Of a DNA stretch of 32,000 nucleotides, positions 8,501 through 15,760 are shown one piece after another (the stretch's first letter is position 1; every line of letters starts with the position of its first letter). The notes beneath the pieces were generated by a model. That model ran no database searches. It saw only the letters and a program-made list of their open reading frames with translations, and was not told the origin of the DNA. The translations under genes and the position numbers were made by a program. The DNA comes from Acaryochloris marina S15. Its GTDB lineage: Bacteria; Cyanobacteriota; Cyanobacteriia; Thermosynechococcales; Thermosynechococcaceae. The stretch spans positions 1 through 32,000 of the forward strand of contig NZ_CP064927.1 of NCBI RefSeq assembly GCF_018336915.1, written 5' to 3'.

Positions 8501-9448
8501 TTTGATGGGAAAGAGAATAAGTATGAAACTCCCAAGGGGGTGGATCAGCAAGTGTTCTTGCCTCATATCCCAGATAAGATTGCCGAGAAGATTTATCGTC
8601 GCAATGCCATCAATCCCACTCCAGAGGAACGGGCGAAAGGGGTCTGGTTTGTAGCGGATCAATATAATCTGCCGATTGTGCTGACGGAGGGGTTGAAAAA
8701 GACTTGGGCATCCCTGAGTCAGGGACATCTGACGGTGGGATTACCCGGTGTCACGGCTTTGTATCGAGCCAAGGATGAATACGATAATCGATTGCCCCAG
8801 AGAGAGTTTACGGACTATGGCAAGGCATTGGCTAAGTCAGGGAGACAGATCACCTTTGCTTTTGACAAGGACACGAGGGTATCGAGCATTATGAATGTCA
8901 GACGTGATCTAGTCCGTACCCTTGAGTTTATGCAGGCTGCGGGGGTGGTCTGTAAGATTGCCCAATGGGAGCCAAAGCTAGGGAAGGGATTGGATGACCT
9001 GATCGTGAAGGCGGGTCCACGAGCTTACAATGTTGCGATTGCCAATGCGGTTCCCCCAGAGGCTGAAATCAAACGGCATTATCGAGGTCAGTACAATGAC
9101 ATTTCTAAGAGGGTGCAGAAACGATTAGGGGAGGTGCCCAAGGAGCGGGTTGACCTGGAGGTTTACGCCTACTGCAAGCAGTATGCAGAGCTGGATGATG
9201 CTCATCGGTTTATCTCTGAGTCAGATCATATGAGGGCTGCGACTCCAGAGCAGAAACGATTGTATTTGCTGGCGATTCACAAAGTCTCACCGATCTATGA
9301 GGATTTGATGAACTCGGATAAGCCGATCAACTTCAATCAGCGGATGCCTGAGATGGTGCAGAATCGGGTCAAGTTGCAGATTGTCAAAGAAAAGCCCACT
9401 CCATTGCAGAGTGAGCAAACTAATTACGATGTAAGCCAATCGTACTAG
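5519..9448 (+). CDS. MOBF (TrwC/TraI-type) conjugative relaxase fused to a RecD-like helicase and a C-terminal Toprim/DUF3854-like domain
   Basis: The relaxase N-terminus has a Tyr cluster (ERYYTEEESYYSED), DLTFAVPGKSLS and the His-triad motif HHESRAGDPHVHTHVVLFN. The helicase has Walker A GLAGTGKTT, Walker B ILDESGMV and TTYRAQGGT. The C-terminal part has LTEGLKKTW..GLPGVTALY...FAFDKDT...GKGLDDLI, an acidic E / DxD pattern typical of Toprim folds that resembles DUF3854. Confidence 0.9.
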   Translation: MLDIVTIHSGIENGERYYTEEESYYSEDEEIQAITKSEWFGNMAPNEPYSAERFTELFYGNLPNGQRMRGDVLGDGKERLGFDLTFAVPGKSLSMQIHAPEGDKRLWQAHIEAVKEVMAIAEERYAASRVQVSGDRKVIKTGNIAACLVNHHESRAGDPHVHTHVVLFNGTHCPDGEHRALYKELLSKSGILGDIYHQKLALKVQALGYEIEETREGFELAGTTTDQRELFSKRSTEIDDYLKAKGWDKTPQNRQRAVFETRMAKDKSQTLEDKQDRWGNEMASVGFHGITPAHHPITPQNQETPRELLDAAIGHLSERQSSFSHEDIQRFVFSHLRSFDEEPLNQEIDTHPDLLDAWDGRYTTQTAVDRDIRIIDNWLQGNDRVQPLNPNADFSHTILNSGQSEAMQRLLSSPDQYQILKGLAGTGKTTAMGIAREQLPPETVIKVFAATHNAKNAIAESFDLEGATIAQLAVSEPTTEANQLWILDESGMVGSEDFEMVMNKATKVNARVWAVGDTGQNGAIAAGAPVRMLMHSGATVHKLSDIIRQQNKDQKTAVKLIAEGHGIEALNVLEKHGHIHEVEDADTKISGAVNHYMSLPQSRRDKTLVVIGTNVEREDFTDQLRGQLIEEGSLTQNTEFTQLKNRNLTKVQKKRAENYNKGDLLVLHQKHRTYTQLQTHVSYKVLAVEGQHLRVESPGGRKFKINPAQHKRTEVYTARKNHIAVGDKLRFTSTNKKAGIYTNAYLECTDIQDGIATVRGNKDQLHQLDLSKALQIDHDWATTTYRAQGGTNSETIYIASLNPTSAKESFYVGISRNRTKHLSVFTESLEKLKGWVGTSNAQENAIETLFDPLEGWKPDYAGVEKPWQIDADTWTEMKGSGVHPSLLTPEHLRSEAGSSEPSIRDNVLVEALLGAEFTKSKYGAGQEVTKEMKRKLNGTHKVKGKWINDPERAYTRIAEGGGWIGYGGTDLLSIVEGNPQPSLYCQVKPKTPRIFDGKENKYETPKGVDQQVFLPHIPDKIAEKIYRRNAINPTPEERAKGVWFVADQYNLPIVLTEGLKKTWASLSQGHLTVGLPGVTALYRAKDEYDNRLPQREFTDYGKALAKSGRQITFAFDKDTRVSSIMNVRRDLVRTLEFMQAAGVVCKIAQWEPKLGKGLDDLIVKAGPRAYNVAIANAVPPEAEIKRHYRGQYNDISKRVQKRLGEVPKERVDLEVYAYCKQYAELDDAHRFISESDHMRAATPEQKRLYLLAIHKVSPIYEDLMNSDKPINFNQRMPEMVQNRVKLQIVKEKPTPLQSEQTNYDVSQSY

Positions 9449-9513
9449 AAGCGAGATGAAATCTCTAAAAATCTTTTGACATTAACTAGTAAAAAAACTG
9501 CAACTTATAAATC

Positions 9514-9810
9514 TTAGAATTTTTGCAAGCTATTCATCACGATCTGATATGCTTCCTGATTCCCTTGCTCTTTGTAAAGCTTTGCAGCAATACTAAAGTC
9601 TTTTTTAGCTGCAGAGATATTATTTAAATATTCATTCATTCTTACTCGATTAACAGCTGATTTATTAAGTTTCTGAACTCCCCTAAAAACAAGGAGCTAT
9701 AAGATAAGCTTAATCGAACTTATAGTCGCTCTAATTATTATCAGATAAAGGATATAGACGTTTTAAGATTTACTTTATAAATCAGCTCTTATATAAGCTT
9801 CGGGAACGTG
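9514..9810 (-). pseudogene. Decayed fragment of a TPR-protein gene (C-terminal repeats and capping helix), paralogous to the 3' end of the 357..2279 gene
   Basis: Minus-strand translation of 9514-9669 is VNRVRMNEYLNNISAAKKDFSIAAKLYKEQGNQEAYQIVMNSLQKF*. It aligns without gaps to the last 46 aa of the TPR protease, VNRGITHNRMGNKPQAKQDLKTAARLFQQQNNPEFYQKAMELLQSF*, with 15/31 identical over the last 31 aa. An in-frame TAG lies upstream at 9700-9702. A further degenerate piece, HVPEAYIRADL* (about 9781-9810), sits in another frame. Confidence 0.55.
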
Positions 9811-9947
9811 TTACCTTTTTGAGAGAATATTCAGGCTATGCTCAAACCCATTTATTTGGTAGTAGTTGAGGCTTGTCAAACTAGGGAATTTGTTTTCTTC
9901 CCAAAAACACACGTTCCTTAGATGTACTTTAAAAAGTATCAGTAAAT

Positions 9948-10364
9948 ATGAATCAATCACAAAAGTATTTATTTTTATTCTTTACAGGAATAACATATCC
10001 GTTTTTCGTAAATTATGGAACAGGCGCAATATTAGACTTATTACTTGCAGATCAAGCAAAAGAACCTGAAGTCATTTTCTTCCTTTGTATAGTGCTCATC
10101 TACTGCTTGAGTATATTTTTCGTTAACGCTTCATTCATAAAGCTTAATTCCTTTATTTTAGGGATTTCAGAAATGATGGGGATGATTCTACTATATCTTG
10201 TAGCATTCTCAGTCTCTGCTTCTCAGTCAAACTTAAGTCTATTAGAAGTTATTGGGTATGCTTTCGCAGATTTAGCAGCTGTTTTAGTCATGTTATTTAC
10301 AATATTTATTCCAGTTGTTCTAGGTGTAATTATACATATACGGCAATGGTTTGCTAATGCATGA
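9948..10364 (+). CDS. Hypothetical multi-pass membrane protein (about 4 TM helices) in an AT-rich island
   Basis: ATG start with four long hydrophobic segments. I recognise no motif. The AT-rich codon usage differs from the neighbouring transfer genes. Confidence 0.45.
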   Translation: MNQSQKYLFLFFTGITYPFFVNYGTGAILDLLLADQAKEPEVIFFLCIVLIYCLSIFFVNASFIKLNSFILGISEMMGMILLYLVAFSVSASQSNLSLLEVIGYAFADLAAVLVMLFTIFIPVVLGVIIHIRQWFANA

Positions 10365-10627
10365 CAAGGATATCAAACCTTAACTCAGAAGGACTTCTAA
10401 GAGATTTCAATTAAAAATATCTAGGATACTATATTGCCAAAAGCATCATGCATTTATCGCTCTTTAAGAGAGCATTATCTACATATACTAGAGAGTCTTT
10501 TTTGTTGATACCTAAAACTTTATTTATACATAAAAAAAGAATCATGGGAAAATATGAGCTGATTGAAAAAAACCCATAGCCCCACAGAACATTCACTACA
10601 ATTATCGAGAGATGTTGGATTGAGTGC

Positions 10628-10885
10628 TTACAACCGTTCTTTATATTGATTCGGCTGACACTCAACCACCATATCCATAACCTTGGGTATCGTGATGATG
10701 AACCGCTTAATTCCTATATCTAATCGGGCAATCGCCTCAGCTTCTTGCATTAAGATCTCTGGTTCACGCAGAAGATGACAGTGGATATAGACCGTCTTTT
10801 CGTCAGGCTCATATCGCAACTGGCTACCCTTGCACCACGCGAATTGGTGGCACAAATAGTCTGATAACACATGGAAATAATTCAT
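10628..10885 (-). CDS. Hypothetical 85-aa protein, downstream partner of the DUF1830-like gene
   Basis: ATG start 19 nt after the stop of the upstream gene, with balanced composition and several Cys/His (CHQFAWC, HCH). I recognise no family. Confidence 0.45.
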   Translation of the reverse strand: MNYFHVLSDYLCHQFAWCKGSQLRYEPDEKTVYIHCHLLREPEILMQEAEAIARLDIGIKRFIITIPKVMDMVVECQPNQYKERL

Positions 10886-10904
10886 TCAGTATTCCTCAGA
10901 CAAT

Positions 10905-11156
10905 TTAGGCTGCTTTAACAGTCAACTGCTTACACGGAATGCAGTCCCCTTGAATGGCTGTAGCTATCTCACTGGTATGGATCTCAAGAGAGGCTGCTTG
11001 AGGAGCATTGAACATTAGATGCTGTTGAGGAAACACCACTCGTTCAAAGTACCAGTTTGGAATATTGGTGATTCGCACCACCTGAACGTGAGGCGAGCGA
11101 TTACGGTAGCTGCAAAAGATGAATTCTATCTGTTGAGGCTCAAGGGTTTGAATCAT
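10905..11156 (-). CDS. DUF1830-like small protein (cyanobacteria-restricted family of unknown function)
   Basis: The segment RITNIPNWYFERVVFPQQHLMFNAPQAASLEIHT matches my recollection of the DUF1830 signature (..ItNIpnWYFERVVFPgqrLlFeA...a.LEIht). Confidence 0.55.
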   Translation of the reverse strand: MIQTLEPQQIEFIFCSYRNRSPHVQVVRITNIPNWYFERVVFPQQHLMFNAPQAASLEIHTSEIATAIQGDCIPCKQLTVKAA

Positions 11157-11659
11157 AATTTATAGCAAGCCAGCCTTCAGATCTAAGATCCAAAGACTAG
11201 CTAAAAGAAAAATTAGATAGGTGGTTATAAACTCGCCAGAGGTTTTTATCAGCAAGGATTTCTCCCTTGCTAAATACTTTTTCCTACAGAGGAAAAGGTA
11301 ACGCCTAATTATTACAATTACATTAACTTGCTTATAGTTTCTTAACAATAAACTTTATAATATTTTTATAGTTCGATTTATCTATATCTACTGTAAGCTT
11401 CTGCACCAAAGTCAATTTCTGCTGATGGTGACTTGTTTTAGGAGATCGGCTCTTGGGTTTGTTATTAACCCATCTGGCTATCTATGGGGGTGACACACAG
11501 CCTTTCAGATTATTAGCAATAGCCCTATTCCTTACACTTCTTAACTTAATTCTCAGCTAGAGAAATTAGTTAGGACGGCTGAGTGTCCGAAATGGATAGC
11601 GAGTTCATCGATCTCCTATCCGCTAAATCCTGCTGCTGATAAATCTACCTTTTAAGCTC

Positions 11660-11833
11660 ATGACGCCGAAAATACCATCTCCGTCGAATCGATTGTTCAA
11701 GCTGATTGGGCTCTGTGTAATTCTGTCTAGCCTCATTTCAGGGCTGTATTTGAGTCTCTATGGCTTCATTCGTTGGCGATTTTGTCTGGATGAGTTGCTA
11801 TGTACCTTGCTCTTCCGCTCGATCCAGTTTTAG
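11660..11833 (+). CDS. Possible 57-aa single-TM small protein (below the ORF-track cutoff)
   Basis: ATG at 11660 and TAG at 11831-11833. The product is MTPKIPSPSNRLFKLIGLCVILSSLISGLYLSLYGFIRWRFCLDELLCTLLFRSIQF. It converges on the 11838..12104 gene. There is no other support. Confidence 0.2.
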   Translation: MTPKIPSPSNRLFKLIGLCVILSSLISGLYLSLYGFIRWRFCLDELLCTLLFRSIQF

Positions 11834-11837
11834 AGCA

Positions 11838-12104
11838 TCAACCCGCTAGTGGGCAATGATGTTGTTGTTGAGAGTCAGCGATATCTCGAATCAACATCAT
11901 GTGGTCATACAGATAGCCTTCAGCGGCTTCCCGTTCATCTGTTTTCATGGGTTGACGATTTTCTAGGTGAGACAATACCCAGCTCACCAAGCCTGAGTCA
12001 TCAAGTTTCCCCAAGGAGTGATAAGGAATCTCTTCAATCATTCGCCAAAGTTGGCGTAGAAGGGGAGTAGACATCACAGTAAAATCACCTAATATTTTTG
12101 GCAC
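11838..12104 (-). CDS. Hypothetical 88-aa (or 78-aa) soluble protein
   Basis: The ORF-track start at 12104 is a GTG. An in-frame ATG at 12074 (MSTPLLRQLW...) is preceded by GGTGA. The helical-looking, balanced composition makes this frame preferable to the opposite-strand ORF 11849..12070. Confidence 0.4.
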   Translation of the reverse strand: MPKILGDFTVMSTPLLRQLWRMIEEIPYHSLGKLDDSGLVSWVLSHLENRQPMKTDEREAAEGYLYDHMMLIRDIADSQQQHHCPLAG

Positions 12105-12256
12105 TTAAACATTGACCTTTATACATCTTAATTTAATATTTTCTTAAGGTGTGGGGTAATTTCGATTTTAAGGTCTGGTCTATAACTTTGGAGGTGAAGT
12201 ATAAACATCTTCACAGCAAAGCACCTAAGACTCCCTCAAGTAATACTTTTCATTGC

Positions 12257-12290
12257 AAAACCTCTCAACTGTTGTCTAATCGAGAGGCTT
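12257..12290 (-). terminator. Candidate intrinsic terminator after the 507-aa gene
   Basis: The minus-strand RNA reads AGCCUCUC-(15-nt loop)-GAGAGGUUUUGCAAU. The stem is CCUCUC/GAGAGG and is extendable by G:U and A:U pairs. It lies about 30 nt after the stop at 12319. The large loop lowers confidence. Confidence 0.4.
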
Positions 12291-12318
12291 TGGGAACTTA
12301 ATTTATGTATCAACTCAA

Positions 12319-13842
12319 CTAGAGGCTAGGGGCCATCGCTGCGGCCTGCTTCTGTTCCTCTTTTTGCTGTGCTTTCTGCTGGGGTCGCTGTTGCTGGGCC
12401 ACTCTAGCTTGAGCGGTCTTCACGGTACGGGCAATCACCTTCTCTGCCACTGATTCCCCTTTGTCTGCTTTCAGACCTTGGAAGTGAGCAGACTGACCCA
12501 ACATCGCCCGCACTTCCTTGGGCTTGAGGCCATCTTTTAAGGCGTTATCTGCAGCTAGCTTGACGCCTTTCAAGCCAGGTGAAACATTGGCCCCATACTT
12601 AGACCACAGACCCTCAGCAGGGTTATTGGGCACTGTGGCTTGTTTGGCCTCTGGCTTCTGCTGTTGAAGGTGTTCCTTCGTCTCTATTTCAGCACCCAGA
12701 GATTGCTTGGCTAAACCCAACGGATTGTGCAGTATCCGACCCTCCTTGATGTTCAGCAAGACTTTATTACCCTGCTTAATCACTAGATTCCCCCCAAAGG
12801 CTGCGGGGTCTTCCAAGGCTTGCTGCAAGGCGTCTTTTTGAGAGTCGGTAATCGAGGTGGACGGATCCGGGGCACCGTTCTTCATTTTAAAGATGTCAAT
12901 GCCATCCATCTTGATATACAGCCGATCCACGTTCATGTTGTTTGAGGCTAGCTTATCCACTAGTCCCAATGCATAATCTTCTGCCTCTTCAGAAGATTCT
13001 GAACGAATCGGATTGACCACATTAGCAGCCGTCTCCACTGCGGCCTCAAAGATGTTGGCCTGTGTACCCCGCTCTGAATGACCATTGCCGTTCTCTGAGG
13101 GCTGATAGTTAATCTGGGGCTGTGTGCCGTTGGATTCGACTTGAGGAACAGCAGTCGCCTGAGGGTTGGCCTCTACCTGGGGATTGGCTGATGCAGAAAC
13201 TGTTGACTGTTCTGGAGATTCAGAAGACTGAACGTTAGTGGTCTGTTCTTCATTGTTAGACAATTTTGCAAACTCCTGTTCTACAAATAATTCAGCCTGT
13301 ATCCCGACCTGACGGACATGACTGGCGGCACTCGTGAGAAATTCTTGAGAGCGCTCTAATGCCTGTTGACCGTTGGCGATCACCTCGTTAATGGTCATGG
13401 GTCGGATCTCCTGAAAGGCGACGACGGCAGAATTAGCCATTGTGCGGCCTAGCATCAGAGATGTGCCGACAGATCCCACGGCATGGGTGACCATATCCTG
13501 GCCTGCCAATATCACCTGAGAAGATTCTGATGAAATCCAATCAAAGCTGGTTTGAATCCCGCCAAAGGCTGGGAGTCCAGACATGACGGATTCCCCAAAG
13601 TTACTCATGGCCTGTTGGGCCAGGGTATGAGTACCAGACTGAAAGGCATCACTCCCCCACTGGATGGCGGTGCCTGCTAGGGGCGCAACAAAGGGGGTAT
13701 GGGTGGCCGCAGCAGCTACAACTAATGGCACCCCCACGTTTTGAATCCCACTTTTGACAAATCCCAGTGGGACGGGTGACACGGCAAAGGCGACATCCTC
13801 TGCCTCCTTTGCTGTGTTGTATAGGTCTTTGAATGTAGACAT
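12319..13842 (-). CDS. Hypothetical 507-aa protein of the transfer region (G/A-rich N-terminal half, acidic/Q-rich middle, Q/K-rich C-terminal tail)
   Basis: ATG start 29 nt downstream of conserved promoter copy A. I recognise no catalytic motif. The C-terminal about 80 aa weakly resembles the C-terminus of the 145-aa protein (15323..15760). Confidence 0.7.
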   Translation of the reverse strand: MSTFKDLYNTAKEAEDVAFAVSPVPLGFVKSGIQNVGVPLVVAAAATHTPFVAPLAGTAIQWGSDAFQSGTHTLAQQAMSNFGESVMSGLPAFGGIQTSFDWISSESSQVILAGQDMVTHAVGSVGTSLMLGRTMANSAVVAFQEIRPMTINEVIANGQQALERSQEFLTSAASHVRQVGIQAELFVEQEFAKLSNNEEQTTNVQSSESPEQSTVSASANPQVEANPQATAVPQVESNGTQPQINYQPSENGNGHSERGTQANIFEAAVETAANVVNPIRSESSEEAEDYALGLVDKLASNNMNVDRLYIKMDGIDIFKMKNGAPDPSTSITDSQKDALQQALEDPAAFGGNLVIKQGNKVLLNIKEGRILHNPLGLAKQSLGAEIETKEHLQQQKPEAKQATVPNNPAEGLWSKYGANVSPGLKGVKLAADNALKDGLKPKEVRAMLGQSAHFQGLKADKGESVAEKVIARTVKTAQARVAQQQRPQQKAQQKEEQKQAAAMAPSL

Positions 13843-13871
13843 TTCAACCCTCGCGAGAGGTTTACCTATGA

Positions 13872-13903
13872 AACATAGGCAGAATGACCTGGGAGGGGCA
13901 AAT
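13872..13903 (-). promoter_or_regulatory. Copy A of the conserved 32-nt promoter/operator motif
   Basis: In the sense orientation it reads ATTTGCCCCTCCCAGGTCATTCTGCCTATGTT. It ends 29 nt upstream of the ATG at 13842. Confidence 0.6.
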
Positions 13904-13964
13904 CGTTATTTGGAGATTGGGATTAGTTTGAGGGTATATGGCTATCGAGACAGATCTCACTGAT

Positions 13965-15086
13965 TTACCAGGAACCTGAGATTTCATGAGCAAAGTGACT
14001 TAGTGAAGTTGGATTGGTAATATTATTAATCGAAATATAAGCTAATTTACTTACTGATCGGTCAGTATCTTTTAATAGAATATGCTTGATACTATCAGAT
14101 GCACCAGGATTGCACGCTATACCACGACGGACTTTTTTGTCAGGATGATGAGCAAACATTACTAATAGAACTTCAGGCGTACTGCTGTTGCTAGATAAGC
14201 CTAAAATTACCTTGCCTAAATCACTTTTTTCATATGCAAAATTATCATATATCGCGAATAGCAATTCCTCTGAAATATTATTATTAGATGCTAAATTATG
14301 CCTGATTGCTTCATCTTCATTAGCTTCCTGGAACAGAGCTTCTAAGCAGTGTATAGGAGTATTAGAATTTCCCGCAACCAAACGACGGACTTCTATCTCG
14401 ATATCTTGAGCAAGGATTTCTAAACACTTTGCAGGAATATTTGGATTCCCCGCAACTGAACAACGAACTTTTACGTTTGAGTCTTGTGCAAGAGCTTCTA
14501 GATAGCTTGTGGACATATTTAGTACATTAACTGCAGATGCTACACGACAACGAACTTCTGCTTCAGCATCCATAGCTAGAGTCTCTAGGTAGTGCACAGA
14601 CGTAGTTTTATTTCTTGCTAAATCTATTCGGAGTATAATGCTCTCTGAAATCCAATTTAAGACCCATTGTGGTACTGGATCTAGTGTTAATAAAGCATTA
14701 ACTGTCGAGATGCGATCACTTGAGATATTAGATTCTTTTTCTAAATCTTCAAAGGCTTTATTGCTAGCTAACTCTTGCGGAAAGTCTTTCCCCAGTGTCC
14801 ATAAATCAAAAGAAGGAGTTTTTGGGTTAGCAGTTATTGCTTGCAGAACTTGAGGACAATATTTGGGGTTCGGAACAAATTCATCAAGATCATAATAGTC
14901 CCATCCTTGTTCCCAGTGACCCTTACAATATTGCTTGTTAAGCTCTTCTAGCAATTCTGGAGAAGCTTGGGGATTTTGAACCACTATGTAAGCAAGGTCA
15001 GCGCTCTGGAGAGCTAATTCTCGTAACCTTTCTGAACTAGTCTCTCTTGAGCCAGCTTCTAGCTTAAAGGCATTAACATTTTCCAT
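13965..15086 (-). CDS. Leucine-rich-variant (LRV)/HEAT-like repeat protein
   Basis: Repeated about 24-aa units of the type EVRxxVAxNPNxPxxxLExLAQD, for example AEVRCRVASAVNV...YLEALAQDSNVKVRCSVAGNPNIPAKCLEILAQDIEIEVRRLVAGNSNTPIHCLEALFQE and KKVRRGIACNPGAS. The gene is clearly more AT-rich than the flanking transfer genes. Confidence 0.7.
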   Translation of the reverse strand: MENVNAFKLEAGSRETSSERLRELALQSADLAYIVVQNPQASPELLEELNKQYCKGHWEQGWDYYDLDEFVPNPKYCPQVLQAITANPKTPSFDLWTLGKDFPQELASNKAFEDLEKESNISSDRISTVNALLTLDPVPQWVLNWISESIILRIDLARNKTTSVHYLETLAMDAEAEVRCRVASAVNVLNMSTSYLEALAQDSNVKVRCSVAGNPNIPAKCLEILAQDIEIEVRRLVAGNSNTPIHCLEALFQEANEDEAIRHNLASNNNISEELLFAIYDNFAYEKSDLGKVILGLSSNSSTPEVLLVMFAHHPDKKVRRGIACNPGASDSIKHILLKDTDRSVSKLAYISINNITNPTSLSHFAHEISGSW

Positions 15087-15186
15087 GAGAATGACAACTT
15101 AGCAATCTGAATACGACTATTGCCATCCATATCAGCGACAGGGGCAATCTACCAATCCACAACCTTTGTGTGAATGAATAATTATG

Positions 15187-15210
15187 GTTACACGATAGGT
15201 GTCGTGTAAC
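15187..15210 (-). terminator. 9-bp perfect hairpin between the 145-aa gene and the LRV gene (possible terminator or operator)
   Basis: GTTACACGA-taggtg-TCGTGTAAC read directly. The minus-strand tail CAUAAUUAUU is only moderately U-rich. Confidence 0.3.
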
Positions 15211-15322
15211 ACGCCAATAAAAAGATATTAAACGTAACTTCCCCTCTTGCAAAGAATTAGCTGCTATCCCTGTAAGTACAGATTTTTGAATCACAGCACC
15301 TCCCACTTTCATAGCTCCAGAT

Positions 15323-15760
15323 CTACATCCCCAAATCCTGAGACTGAGATTGCTTTTGACTCTGCTGCTGAGACTGCTTCGGTTGCTGGGATCGACGCTG
15401 TTCTACCTTGTCTCGATTGATCTCATGCTGTGCCCTGGACATTACCCGGTCCTCATACAGCTTCACTTTCTCAGGGGACTGGGTTTGCTTTGCCACTTCC
15501 TTGATCGAGTTGCCAGCTCTGACAATTTGCCTGAGCTGTGCCCCTTTCAGCCCTCCTTTCATCCCTGCTTTAACGTTGGCGATATCATCAGCCCGTGACT
15601 CAAATTTGATGGACACACGATTATTGAATTTAGCGAGTTGTGCCCTCAGAATTCGCAGGGTTTGAGCCGTGAGCTTGGCCCCTTTTTCTACGCCTTCCTG
15701 GGCCAGGTGCATTCCTTTATCAGCATCCCGCTCTAAGGTCTGGTCTTGACTAGGCTGCAT
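15323..15760 (-). CDS. Hypothetical 145-aa basic/Q-rich protein translationally coupled to the coupling-protein gene
   Basis: Its ATG at 15760 overlaps the T4CP stop (15750-15752) by 11 nt. The tail is SQQPKQSQQQSQKQSQSQ. I recognise no motif. It could be a relaxosome or DNA-binding accessory protein, but that is inference only. Confidence 0.65.
   Translation of the reverse strand: MQPSQDQTLERDADKGMHLAQEGVEKGAKLTAQTLRILRAQLAKFNNRVSIKFESRADDIANVKAGMKGGLKGAQLRQIVRAGNSIKEVAKQTQSPEKVKLYEDRVMSRAQHEINRDKVEQRRSQQPKQSQQQSQKQSQSQDLGM

Noticed and set aside
5550-8728. About ten short ORFs (60-100 aa) on both strands within the relaxase gene
   Set aside because: All are nested in the 1309-aa frame, which carries unambiguous relaxase and helicase motifs. 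None has motifs of its own.
10429-10665. 78-aa minus-strand ORF in the AT-rich island
   Set aside because: It overlaps the 3' end of the 10628..10885 gene by 38 nt. It is very AT-rich and has an Ile/Asn/Lys/Leu-biased composition typical of random ORFs in AT-rich DNA. A small membrane protein cannot be fully excluded.
11160-11348. 62-aa minus-strand ORF upstream of the DUF1830-like gene
   Set aside because: The low-complexity Ile/Leu/Lys/Arg composition in AT-rich DNA suggests this is more likely the promoter region of the DUF1830 operon.
11849-12070. 73-aa plus-strand ORF opposite 11838..12104
   Set aside because: The two ORFs exclude each other, and the minus-strand product has the more protein-like, helical composition. 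This is a close call made without homology evidence.
15073-15312. 79-aa minus-strand ORF between the 145-aa gene and the LRV gene
   Set aside because: It spans the 9-bp hairpin, overlaps the LRV start and has a Cys/Trp/Arg-rich composition that does not look like protein.
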